Positions 39,616-48,661 of a stretch of DNA of 64,000 nt are shown one piece after another. How positions within the stretch are numbered: position 1 is the stretch's first letter; each line of letters opens with the position of its first letter. Made by a program: the position numbers and the translations under genes. The notes under the pieces are model-generated. The model ran no database searches and was not told the DNA's origin. It saw only the letters and a list, made by a program, of their open reading frames with translations. The DNA lies in NCBI GenBank assembly GCA_963719505.1, contig CAVRCF010000005.1, positions 576,001 through 640,000 on the forward strand, written 5' to 3'. The stretch comes from Halobacteriovoraceae bacterium (GTDB lineage: Bacteria > Bdellovibrionota > Bacteriovoracia > Bacteriovoracales > Bacteriovoracaceae).

Positions 39616-40119
39616 TCAAGAAAAGTAATAGTGATAGAGTTCAGTATTGTCTTTGGCAAAAAGCTTCGTGAGCTTAATCTTCATCTCTTTTGAGATAAAA
39701 CGACTCTCCTTCTTGATACTTTTTAACGCACTGATGAGAAAGGTGTAAAAAGATACATCTCTCCACTTTGAAACCATTTTCATCTCTATAAGAACACCTA
39801 AGTAAAAGAGTTCAGAAAACTTCTGTGAGGACTCGAGAATATCTTTGCCCAAATAAAGAATTTTATTTAAGAGGTTTCTGTGTGTCTCAACCTCTTTAGC
39901 GGTAGCACCAATTGAGAAGAGCCTTTTCATGCCTTTACACAGAGTATACGTGTACTCACTGGTTTGTTCAGCAAGCTCAGCTTCAAGACAAACGGTATCC
40001 ATGGCTTTTTTGTAGTAAGCTTTTTGCGATGAGTAAGCTAATGGAACAGCTTCTCTTTGATGAGTCTGACTTTTGGACCATAGTGAACTAAATTGTTTAT
40101 AGGAATAACGACGATTCAT
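39616..40119 (-). CDS. Hypothetical protein
   Basis: GGGGAGG RBS before ATG 40119. Confidence 0.65.
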   Translation of the reverse strand: MNRRYSYKQFSSLWSKSQTHQREAVPLAYSSQKAYYKKAMDTVCLEAELAEQTSEYTYTLCKGMKRLFSIGATAKEVETHRNLLNKILYLGKDILESSQKFSELFYLGVLIEMKMVSKWRDVSFYTFLISALKSIKKESRFISKEMKIKLTKLFAKDNTELYHYYFS

Positions 40120-40222
40120 ATAAACCTCCCCAAGATAATCTGAGCATATGGAGATAACGTGCAGCTCTGGGATTATACCACTATTTTTTGCGATGCGCAA
40201 CAGAGCTCATAAATTCTGCTAT

Positions 40223-42544
40223 TTAGCTTCGTTCATCAATCAATATGGGTATTTTTCCAGTTCGAGGGTTTCTGACAAATGGAGACACAGTAAAGACGAG
40301 GTTCTTTGCGACAAAATCTTTAGAAACGCTTTGACGAAGATCGGCACAAAGCTCAAAGAGGATACGCAAGAAAGCCTCTTGATCAACCTCACGTTCAGTC
40401 CATATATCGAGAACATCAGTTTTTTTATCACCGTAATAGAGGTGAACTTGCACCTGCTCTATACCAACAACTGAGGCTGCCTGAAGCATTTGCTCCATCG
40501 TTATTCTTGCGCCCCAAACTGAAATTAATTTATTTTTCCTTCCGATTAGTTTGAACTTTTTTTCTGAAATTCTCTCTACTCGATCTCCAGAAAAATAGCG
40601 AAGGACAGGATCAACAGATTTGAGAGTCGAGGTAATAACAGCTTCCTCTTCAACAATATCCATATGGATGCCATCGAATAAAATATGCTCACCCTCACCA
40701 CATGTTTCGTCTTGAAAGCCTATGAGACCTATATCGACACTTGCATAGCCTGCAGAATAAAAATGCTTAACTCCAAACTTAGAACTGAGAATCTTTCGCG
40801 TCATTGAAGGTAGGTTCTCACCAGCATAAAAGAAAGTCTTGAATTGAATTTTACCGCCTTCATAGCTCGCTGCAAGCTCATGCATTGAAGAGGGAATTCC
40901 AAAAACTGTATCAGGATTAAATTTTTCAAGATAATTAACAACATCTTCTTTTGGCGAATTACCACCGATAGGCAGTTGTTGGGCCTTACAGTACTCAATA
41001 GCTTTATAGATCACGATAAAAGAAGACCACATATTTCCCGCAACAAATAAGTTAGCCACAAGTGAAGTTTCACCTAGCCCTCTATTTTTAAACGACTCTC
41101 CTAAAAGACTAGCAATATGATTGAATTCATAGTTTTTAAAAGTAGAGAATTTAGGATTTCCAGTCGTCCCCCCAGAGGCAAAGATCACACTATTTTCCTT
41201 GGTAGAGTTTTTAGAATTATAGCCTTCAAATTCATCAATACTGGCTTCAAACTCTATAGAGACTCTTCTTATAAAAAACTCCATGGGGTAATGACCGTCG
41301 TGACTTGCCCCGTTTACTCCCTCAAGCATTTGTCCAACTTTCGTAAATCTTGTCACTCCAGCTTTTGAAAGAGAATCCATGGCCAGCGCTGACCCCTTCT
41401 CAAGGCCTAACGAACATGTTTGAAGATAAAACTTAAACTTTGATAACATCTCACCTAAGGAATATAAATCATCATACTTTCTAATAATTAAAGTTCGATT
41501 TAGTGAGCTTGGAGATAAAACTTTTGACGAATCAAAACGAACGAGAAAATCTTCTCCAGCACTATAGTCTATGCCTGAAGAAAATAATTCGTAGTCAGCT
41601 TTTGATCGCTCTTTTAGGACTTCAACTCTCTCATCTGGGCTCAATTTCCCCCTTTTTATAGGAAATTTTTTAAAGGCAATAGAGAGATTTTTAATAAGAT
41701 TATCTACGTCTGTATCAGAGCTGACAAAAAGATTTTGCATATTTGCACAGGCTGATTGATCCCACATTGAAACATCTTTTGCAATAAGATCGTAAACATT
41801 CAAATGTCTTTCAATATATATTGAGTCTAAAACTCCAAACGAAATTTTAGGTCCAAAGTCGACAAGCTTTGTATCTATTGGAAGATTTTTCTTATAGCTT
41901 GCCACCATTTCTTCCCCACCCCAAGCGACAATAAGATCCATTTTTTCTTTAAAGAGATCTTCAATAGAGCTATCACCGCCTCTCCAGTTGAGGAAAACAA
42001 TTTGATTGAGAACACTATGAGTCGAATCAACTTCTAAAAGTGACTTCAGAAAAAGCTTCGGGAATTCTAAATTTGAAGAACTGAGCTTTATAAAAGATAA
42101 ATTTTTTGTCAACACTCCCATAATGAGAGTGTCTATAACAGAGAGAAAGACATTTCCTGCTGTGACATGAAGAACTGATCCAACAGGTGCTAAATATTCT
42201 CTTTTTAAATTTTTTGAACTTACAGGCCTATCTAAAGACTCCAACTCTCCTATCTCACATTCTATTCGAGTCACGAGTAAATCGTTGTTCAAAAGTGACG
42301 GAAGAATATTTAAAGTCTCTTCAATCATCGCTTTTGAGAAACTGCTACTGGAGTGAATAATTTCTAGAGCTTCTTGATAAAAGACTCCCTCTTTGTGCCA
42401 AAGCTTTCCCACACGATCAAGGAAATCAACGATATCTAAAACGTTTGGAGTCTGAGACGCGTTATATGTCTTTTGTGACTCCTCAATAATGTTACTGATT
42501 TCATCTTTTGATTGAGCTGAGATCCATTTTCCTTGAATAAACAT
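40223..42544 (-). CDS. LuxC-type acyl-CoA reductase fused to a PaaK/F390-synthetase-like adenylation domain
   Basis: PVG.VLHV.AGNV, KLSS, WRGGD, AWGGEE, FGPKISF, DQSAC (catalytic Cys), HDG. C-terminal FASGGTTGNPK, SAGYASVD, LRYFSGD. Confidence 0.85.
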   Translation of the reverse strand: MFIQGKWISAQSKDEISNIIEESQKTYNASQTPNVLDIVDFLDRVGKLWHKEGVFYQEALEIIHSSSSFSKAMIEETLNILPSLLNNDLLVTRIECEIGELESLDRPVSSKNLKREYLAPVGSVLHVTAGNVFLSVIDTLIMGVLTKNLSFIKLSSSNLEFPKLFLKSLLEVDSTHSVLNQIVFLNWRGGDSSIEDLFKEKMDLIVAWGGEEMVASYKKNLPIDTKLVDFGPKISFGVLDSIYIERHLNVYDLIAKDVSMWDQSACANMQNLFVSSDTDVDNLIKNLSIAFKKFPIKRGKLSPDERVEVLKERSKADYELFSSGIDYSAGEDFLVRFDSSKVLSPSSLNRTLIIRKYDDLYSLGEMLSKFKFYLQTCSLGLEKGSALAMDSLSKAGVTRFTKVGQMLEGVNGASHDGHYPMEFFIRRVSIEFEASIDEFEGYNSKNSTKENSVIFASGGTTGNPKFSTFKNYEFNHIASLLGESFKNRGLGETSLVANLFVAGNMWSSFIVIYKAIEYCKAQQLPIGGNSPKEDVVNYLEKFNPDTVFGIPSSMHELAASYEGGKIQFKTFFYAGENLPSMTRKILSSKFGVKHFYSAGYASVDIGLIGFQDETCGEGEHILFDGIHMDIVEEEAVITSTLKSVDPVLRYFSGDRVERISEKKFKLIGRKNKLISVWGARITMEQMLQAASVVGIEQVQVHLYYGDKKTDVLDIWTEREVDQEAFLRILFELCADLRQSVSKDFVAKNLVFTVSPFVRNPRTGKIPILIDERS

Positions 42545-42545
42545 T

Positions 42546-43640
42546 TTAACCTCTTGCGACCTCAAGGGCTTTAAGTGCACACCCTTTGTTTTTTGATACG
42601 CCCGCTCGTCCCATAATTTCAAGGCTGAGGGGAGAAATTCCATCAGGGTGTTGGTGAACGATGCCCCAGTCTGTTGTTAAAAGGCTAGAGGCTGGATATG
42701 AAGTATTGTATGAACACAGAAACTGGATTAATCCTTCTTGTCCATGAGGAAGAACCTTAAGAGTTTTAGGATCTCTGATGAAGACACGGGAATAATTTGG
42801 AATTCGCAATTTTCCCTCAGGGCAGTCAACGTATGGAATACCATGTTCAACCATGCCAAAGAGATCTCGAATATTTGATACTGGTATACCAAGGGCTTTA
42901 CTGACTTTTTCTCTAAAGAACTGTTTGGGTATCTCTTGGTCTGATTTTGATTTCCAACCACCTCCAGTTTGAATCCAAGAGTCTTGACCAAGGTTTAACT
43001 CTAGCTTGTAGGTATCAATAATTTCGTTTAGAAAAGCCGGAAAACCCAAAATTCTTGTCGGGAGTTTGGATTGCTCAAATCTTTTAAGCGTTTCAACGAC
43101 TTCACTTGTATTCATTTTGAAGTCATTTAACTTCTCATCAAATTGAAAGGTATAGTAGATCTCACCGATTCCTGTAAAGCTTGTCAAAAGCTCATCTGTG
43201 AAAGCCGTACCAAGATCATTGGCCACCTTAGGATCGTAGGTAAAACACAGGTAGTTGTAATCTTTCTTATCTACCATTCCTAAACTTTCATGAATAGAGA
43301 AAGCGAGTTTTTTTACATTATCCAATGAATACTGGTCTAAGTGCTGAACGCTTCTTTGCCCACTTGTCCCTGAACTTCCCAAAGTTAAAACAATTTCATT
43401 GCTACTTTTAAAGTCGTGCTCTTTAAATTGATTAACTAAAATCATGGGAGCTCTTTCCAGATCTTTAGGCGTTACAATATCTTTAGGATGAATTGATTCC
43501 TTATCCCAAAGAAATTTAAAAAAATCATTATGCTCATAGTGATGGGTGCAGTTTTCACGAAAACTTTGGACAAATAATAATTCATTTTCCTCACTAAAAT
43601 GAAAAGGATCTGTACAAAGTAGGGCGTCGGTAAAATTCAT
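42546..43640 (-). CDS. luxE: LuxE-family acyl-protein synthetase
   Basis: SSGTSG, LGFPAF, TGGGWK, IRDLFGMVE, SYP..SLLTTD, GRAG...KGCA. Confidence 0.88.
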   Translation of the reverse strand: MNFTDALLCTDPFHFSEENELLFVQSFRENCTHHYEHNDFFKFLWDKESIHPKDIVTPKDLERAPMILVNQFKEHDFKSSNEIVLTLGSSGTSGQRSVQHLDQYSLDNVKKLAFSIHESLGMVDKKDYNYLCFTYDPKVANDLGTAFTDELLTSFTGIGEIYYTFQFDEKLNDFKMNTSEVVETLKRFEQSKLPTRILGFPAFLNEIIDTYKLELNLGQDSWIQTGGGWKSKSDQEIPKQFFREKVSKALGIPVSNIRDLFGMVEHGIPYVDCPEGKLRIPNYSRVFIRDPKTLKVLPHGQEGLIQFLCSYNTSYPASSLLTTDWGIVHQHPDGISPLSLEIMGRAGVSKNKGCALKALEVARG

Positions 43641-44801
43641 TTAAATACTCACTGTCATAAATTTATTAAGTGAAATCTCTGACCAAGTCTTGATATATTC
43701 TTTTAGATACTGGTTGCTAACACCTGTTAGTTCTATATTGTTAAACTCTAAAATCTCAAAAGATCGGCTAAAAACCACGTAGTCGTATCTTTTGCCTTCG
43801 ATGAGTTGGAATGCCGGAACGTAACCACAGGGGATAAATTTGGCTTGAATAATTTTTTCTATAATATTAAGTCTATTCGCTCTAGCGATCATTTCAATAT
43901 ATCTAACACCCTGGTCTCTGAGCATTGAGCTGACCTTTAAAAAAAGTGACGTAAACGATACCTTTCGATCGATCTTCACCCCTATTATGACACAGTGATT
44001 ATCAATTTTATTGATATTAGCGAAAACTTGGATGTCACCGTCGGGAGATGTTATAAGAGTAGAAGGTTCATGAAATGGAAAAAAGCCCAATTCGATATCC
44101 TTATTCTTCTTAGCATTCATATAGCTTGTTTTAACAAACTCTTTAGCGTGAATAAACTCTAAGACAGGAGCATCCGCATGAAACTCTTTTATTTGTAGAT
44201 CCGTTGCCAATTCCATATCAGGCAGCTCGCATTCTTTTTTGGCGATATTGAAAAGAGGTAAAACTCTGGGGTGTTGTTTAAAGTCAGTGTAACGAAGATC
44301 ATTTGCGCCAGTAAAGTAGAGCCCCCCTAAAACATGGGTTTCGTACTCTTTAGTTTTGTGAGCATTTGGGAAAATGCCAAGCTTTTTAAATCCCATATTA
44401 TCAGTGAGATGTTGGGCGATTCTGTGAACAGTTCTCGTTGTAATGTACAAAAGAGCAATTCCCTGAGTTTGAGATTTAATATCATCAATGCCGTATTCGA
44501 TAAGCTTTCTTGTTAAGTTTTTTCCTTGAGCCTCTTTTGCAACGACTGCCGAGCCGGCTTTTGCAATTTTATTATAGGGATCATAGAGGAAGCTTATACA
44601 AGCGACTACATTTTCCTGCGGATCTCTTGCCACAAAAAGCTTCTTATTCTTTCTTTGAATCTCATTTTTTAAAAGTTGATAGTTAGTAAAGATAGGATCT
44701 GGGTACTGGCCTTCGTAACTGGTATTATAAAGACCAATAATTTCCGCAGTATCTGAAACCTCTGCGGAGGCAAATTGAAAATCGTCTATTATTGTACTCA
44801 T
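43641..44801 (-). CDS. GNAT-domain protein (probably tandem GNAT)
   Basis: N-terminal GNAT (SYEGQYP, VVAKEAQGKNLT, GFKKLGIFP) and C-terminal FIPCGYVPA; abuts luxE. Confidence 0.75.
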   Translation of the reverse strand: MSTIIDDFQFASAEVSDTAEIIGLYNTSYEGQYPDPIFTNYQLLKNEIQRKNKKLFVARDPQENVVACISFLYDPYNKIAKAGSAVVAKEAQGKNLTRKLIEYGIDDIKSQTQGIALLYITTRTVHRIAQHLTDNMGFKKLGIFPNAHKTKEYETHVLGGLYFTGANDLRYTDFKQHPRVLPLFNIAKKECELPDMELATDLQIKEFHADAPVLEFIHAKEFVKTSYMNAKKNKDIELGFFPFHEPSTLITSPDGDIQVFANINKIDNHCVIIGVKIDRKVSFTSLFLKVSSMLRDQGVRYIEMIARANRLNIIEKIIQAKFIPCGYVPAFQLIEGKRYDYVVFSRSFEILEFNNIELTGVSNQYLKEYIKTWSEISLNKFMTVSI

Positions 44802-44904
44802 AGCTCAAAGTACTTATCATGAAAGAAGAGTTTTGATATGATTTCAACTATATATGATAAAAATTACATCTCTAAACCACTATTTTTAATCCGGAGTTCT
44901 CACT

Positions 44905-45627
44905 TTGTTTTTAGTCTTATCTTTAAGTGCATTTGTAACAGCCATTATCTCAGGTGTCATCGGTATGGGTGGTGGAATTTTACTCCTGTCCATCATGACC
45001 TTCTTTCTATCCCCTACAATTATCATCCCTATTCACGGCTTTGTTCAGTTAGTAAGCAATGCCTCGCGAGTAGGATACCTTCTTGAGCACGTGAAAAAGA
45101 ATTTCTTCTGGTGCTTTTTACTAGGACTCCCTTTTGGTACCGTTTTAAGTGTCTATTTACTCAAGGACTTCATCTCAGATCTCCACATCTATTTGGCCTT
45201 ATTGGTCATGATAAGTTATTCGGTTTTCAAACCAAAAAAGCTTCCTCAGATAAAACTTAAGCCCAAATCTTGGATTATGGTGGGATTTATAAGTGGTGTG
45301 TTAGCTATTTTGATCGGTGCCGTGGGCCCTTTATTGGCCGTCTTTTTTATCAGAGATGACTTCACCAAAGAAGAAATAGTAAGCACCAAATCGGCCATGC
45401 AACTAAGTGCCCACTTTGTAAAGATACCGGCTTTTCTCTTTTTAGAATTCAATTACCTGGATCATGTTTGGCTCATTATAGCTATGAGTGTGAGTGTTAT
45501 TCTAGGAACAAAGGTTGGTGTGACCTTACTCAAACGAGTCGACTCAAAGAGGTTTAAGTTACTTTTTAAAGGTGTATTATTAATAGCAGGGATAAGAATA
45601 GCGATAAGGGTTTCGGAATTAGTTTAA
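44905..45627 (+). CDS. Sulfite exporter TauE/SafE family permease
   Basis: ISGVIGMGGG, GFISG...GAVGP, about 8 TMs. Confidence 0.88.
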   Translation: MFLVLSLSAFVTAIISGVIGMGGGILLLSIMTFFLSPTIIIPIHGFVQLVSNASRVGYLLEHVKKNFFWCFLLGLPFGTVLSVYLLKDFISDLHIYLALLVMISYSVFKPKKLPQIKLKPKSWIMVGFISGVLAILIGAVGPLLAVFFIRDDFTKEEIVSTKSAMQLSAHFVKIPAFLFLEFNYLDHVWLIIAMSVSVILGTKVGVTLLKRVDSKRFKLLFKGVLLIAGIRIAIRVSELV

Positions 45628-45629
45628 AA

Positions 45630-45653
45630 GCCACCTCTAGAAAAAGAGGTGGC
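45630..45653. terminator. Terminator hairpin between convergent tauE and histone genes
   Basis: GCCACCTCT/AGAGGTGGC stem with a T-run on the minus strand. Confidence 0.75.
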
Positions 45654-45661
45654 ATAAATTT

Positions 45662-45868
45662 TTATGCAAGAATATCGTAAGGTCTAATCGTTTTTCTACC
45701 GTTTGCTTCACATCTTTTTTGTGCTTGCTCAACTAACCAGTAAACCTGCTCATTTAAAGCCTCTAATGTGTCACTTGAAACATTGAAAGTTTTCTTTCCA
45801 GAACCCTTAAGAGCCTCTTTTGTTTTTGATCCTACTAATAACATTTCTTTTGATTTTTTCTTAGCCAT
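45662..45868 (-). CDS. Bacterial histone-fold protein (Bd0055/HBb-like)
   Basis: MLLVGSKTKEALK...NVSSDTLEALN...AQKRCEANGRKTIRPYDI; three-helix fold with RKT...D clamp; GGAGG RBS. Confidence 0.88.
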   Translation of the reverse strand: MAKKKSKEMLLVGSKTKEALKGSGKKTFNVSSDTLEALNEQVYWLVEQAQKRCEANGRKTIRPYDILA

Positions 45869-45926
45869 GATTCCTCCGTGTTGGTTAGCTTATTTCATTA
45901 AAAAATACAGAATTTTTTGTAACAAA

Positions 45927-45955
45927 ATGATCTTTTGAACAAGGATAAATGTCAA
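45927..45955 (-). promoter_or_regulatory. Putative sigma70 promoter of the histone gene
   Basis: TTGACA-N17-GATCAT. Confidence 0.45.
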
Positions 45956-46020
45956 AGCATTAACGGGATTTTAATGTGTAATTTTATTAACTTTTGAGTT
46001 TTCAAATATTTAAATGACTG

Positions 46021-46446
46021 TCATTTTTGGTCAAACATTGACTCAAATTGCTCGTAACCCTCTTCTTTTAAACGCTTGCGAGGAATAAATCTTATACTTG
46101 CTGAATTGATGCAGTAGCGCATACCGGTTTGTGTGGGGCCATCGTTAAAAAGATGTCCAAGGTGACTATTCCCCTCCTTCGACCTTACTTCAACCCTCTT
46201 ATAGCCAATATCATAATCTTCGTGCTCAGATATATTCTGAGCGGCAAGAGGCTTATCAAATGAGGGCCAACCACAACCGCTATCAAATTTACTCTTAGAA
46301 CTAAATAAAGGCTCTCCAGAGACAATATCGACGTAAATCCCCTCTTCTTTATGGTTCCAAAACTCATTTTGGAAAGGGGGTTCGGTAGCGTTTTCTTGGG
46401 TGACTGCGTACTGAATTGGAGTAAGTTTATCGAGGCTATTTTTCAT
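46021..46446 (-). CDS. msrB: Peptide-methionine (R)-S-oxide reductase
   Basis: [47 protein letters not shown]. Confidence 0.96.
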   Translation of the reverse strand: MKNSLDKLTPIQYAVTQENATEPPFQNEFWNHKEEGIYVDIVSGEPLFSSKSKFDSGCGWPSFDKPLAAQNISEHEDYDIGYKRVEVRSKEGNSHLGHLFNDGPTQTGMRYCINSASIRFIPRKRLKEEGYEQFESMFDQK

Positions 46447-46471
46447 TAGATAAGTATACGAGAAATTTTTC

Positions 46472-46502
46472 AAAAAAAAAGCCCTCAAATAATTGAGGGC
46501 TT
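46472..46502 (-). terminator. Intrinsic terminator
   Basis: AAGCCCTCAA/TTGAGGGCTT stem followed by a T-run on the minus strand. Confidence 0.85.
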
Positions 46503-46524
46503 ATATATGGGGGTTTTATTTCTC

Positions 46525-47406
46525 TTAGTAAGCGCTGATACCACAAATTGATTCAAGGGTTTCAGCTTGTGCTTTGTGCTTGTAAGCTCCATTTAGATTT
46601 CTTGGGACATAACGGTCGCACCCAACAGCATATATTTCTTTTGCGATTTCTAAGGCCAATGGGTATTTAACAGTGTAGGTCTTGCACATCTCGACTTTCT
46701 CAGTCGCAAACTCTAGAGCACTTAGATTAGCTTGTTGAACAGAGTCTGACTGAAGCAGTTGAATCTGTGCCTGCTCTTTTTTACTCACTAACATCTCTAA
46801 AGTCGGCTGTGCATTTTTAATCTGATTTCTTTTATCTTTTAGAACATTGATCTTACTAAGCGATGCCATGATAGATCTCTCAAGACTAGAAATAGAACTC
46901 ATCACCGGCTGAATTTGACCGTTTAAGAAAACTATTTTTGCTTGATTTGCTTCAATTAATTTCTCTGATCTTTTTCTCTCTCGAAGGGCCACTCGACGGG
47001 CATTACTTCGAGCTGGAAGATTATCGATTTGCATGGAAAGCTGATTCATGAGCTGAGAAAGAGATTGATTCTCTGAAACCAGAGCTGACTTTTCTGCCTC
47101 AATTGAGCCTATAGAACTAACAAGGGATACCTTATCATTTTCTTTTTGAGAAACGAGTTGTTTTTCGTTTTGAATATCTGAAGCGACCTGTGAGATCTGA
47201 TTTCTTTTATCGTCTAATTTATTTTCGATACGTCCCAGTTTGCTTTCTAATTTAGAGAGTTCTTTAGAGAAATTGGCGACGATATCACTTTGGGCATCCA
47301 TTTCTGCGATCATTGGACCACAAGAGATAGTTTGCGCTGCATTTGCAGAACCGATTAATAAAGTAGCTGCTAAAGTCATTGTTGTTGCACTGATAAGTCT
47401 TTTCAT
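46525..47406 (-). CDS. Secreted coiled-coil protein
   Basis: Signal peptide ending ANA, long heptad repeat, Cys at both ends. Confidence 0.75.
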   Translation of the reverse strand: MKRLISATTMTLAATLLIGSANAAQTISCGPMIAEMDAQSDIVANFSKELSKLESKLGRIENKLDDKRNQISQVASDIQNEKQLVSQKENDKVSLVSSIGSIEAEKSALVSENQSLSQLMNQLSMQIDNLPARSNARRVALRERKRSEKLIEANQAKIVFLNGQIQPVMSSISSLERSIMASLSKINVLKDKRNQIKNAQPTLEMLVSKKEQAQIQLLQSDSVQQANLSALEFATEKVEMCKTYTVKYPLALEIAKEIYAVGCDRYVPRNLNGAYKHKAQAETLESICGISAY

Positions 47407-47482
47407 ATTTACCCCCCAAGGTAGAGTTGCGACCTTCAAAATGCCAATTCCATTTAGCTATTTCGTTATACGGATTAGTTGT

Positions 47483-47497
47483 GCATTAAACGTGCCA
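47483..47497 (-). promoter_or_regulatory. sigma54 -24/-12 promoter
   Basis: TGGCACG-TTTA-ATGC (GG-N10-GC). Confidence 0.65.
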
Positions 47498-47685
47498 ATA
47501 AATCTTGGCATAATAGTAACTTTTAACGGTGCATTCTGACTTTTAGTCCCACTTTGACACCTCATTTGAGATTGAAAACAAGTCACTAAGGCACCATACA
47601 ATATTTTCAGTGTCTGAGTTGTAGACAGTAACGACAAGTTGAACACACTTAAACGTTATAAATAACTAAAATCTGGAAGGATCTC

Positions 47686-47700
47686 TGGCATTGAGATTGC
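47686..47700 (+). promoter_or_regulatory. sigma54 -24/-12 promoter
   Basis: TGGCAT-TGAGA-TTGC (GG-N10-GC). Confidence 0.65.
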
Positions 47701-47736
47701 TCTATATACGGTATTATGAATTTAGACGGGATATCT

Positions 47737-48636
47737 ATGAAAAATTTTATGACAAAAGGTTTACTCCTCTCACTTGTCTCTTTCTCAGCTTTTGCTCAGG
47801 AGAAGGCATCCTTTCCTACCTATATGTACACCGAAAAAGGTTGCTCCCAGAGCTATTTTGAAAAAGCAAGAAAGACAAATAAGATTGTCGGCTTTGGTGC
47901 AGGAGCAGTGGGAATTATAGGATCGACTGTTATGCCACTGTCCGCTGTCTTTCTCATAGGTGGCTTAGGCGCAGCCGCAGAGACGGGATACACATATTTA
48001 GAAGAAAGTGAAAAGCCGGACAAAAAGAAAATGGCACCTAGAGTTCGCTATCCGATTGCAAGGCAGTATTACGATATCAATAATACGCTTGAACTGAATA
48101 AAATTATTAAACAAAATAAATCTAATGACCTCGCAGCTTACATTCCGATGTATATGGATGCCATTGTAAATTCTAAAAAAGCAGCAAAACCCTATAAAGA
48201 ATGTAAAAGTCTTGCAAGAGTTGAGGGCATCTCAAGAAGTGAAGCAAAAGAAATTGAGTCAGACATCATGAGCTTTCTCATCGCCCTTGAAGAAGAACAA
48301 GATACTAGAAATCTCACTCCTTTAGAGGCGGCCAAGAAAAACCTGGCAAATTGCTTGTTAGAAATAAAAGTAGGTGAAACCTATCCCATTGCAGATCTTC
48401 TACTGTTGAGAAATGAGCTAGCAAATACTAATCTAATGACGTGGAGACTTCAAAGTAGCATTAGATTTTTTGCTTATGTTGAGAAAAAGGCATCGAAGCA
48501 AAATAAAACGATTAACGCTGAAAAGTTTTTTAATATCATCTCAAAACTTGATGGTGACAAATCGATTTGCTCAAATGGGAAAAAACCACTTAATAGAAAG
48601 AACCTCGCTCAAGAAATCATTGTTCAATTAGAATAA
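47737..48636 (+). CDS. Secreted hypothetical protein with a glycine-rich hydrophobic hairpin
   Basis: Signal peptide ending SAFA; VGFGAGAVGIIG...LIGGLGAAA. Confidence 0.7.
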   Translation: MKNFMTKGLLLSLVSFSAFAQEKASFPTYMYTEKGCSQSYFEKARKTNKIVGFGAGAVGIIGSTVMPLSAVFLIGGLGAAAETGYTYLEESEKPDKKKMAPRVRYPIARQYYDINNTLELNKIIKQNKSNDLAAYIPMYMDAIVNSKKAAKPYKECKSLARVEGISRSEAKEIESDIMSFLIALEEEQDTRNLTPLEAAKKNLANCLLEIKVGETYPIADLLLLRNELANTNLMTWRLQSSIRFFAYVEKKASKQNKTINAEKFFNIISKLDGDKSICSNGKKPLNRKNLAQEIIVQLE

Positions 48637-48656
48637 GGGGATTATCTCAATCCCCT
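48636..48656. terminator. Hairpin between convergent genes
   Basis: AGGGGATT/AATCCCCT. Confidence 0.55.
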
Positions 48657-48661
48657 CTCAT

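Noticed and set aside
40223-43640. Bioluminescence operon
   Set aside because: No luxA, luxB, luxD or luxG in the window, and LuxC carries an extra ligase domain.
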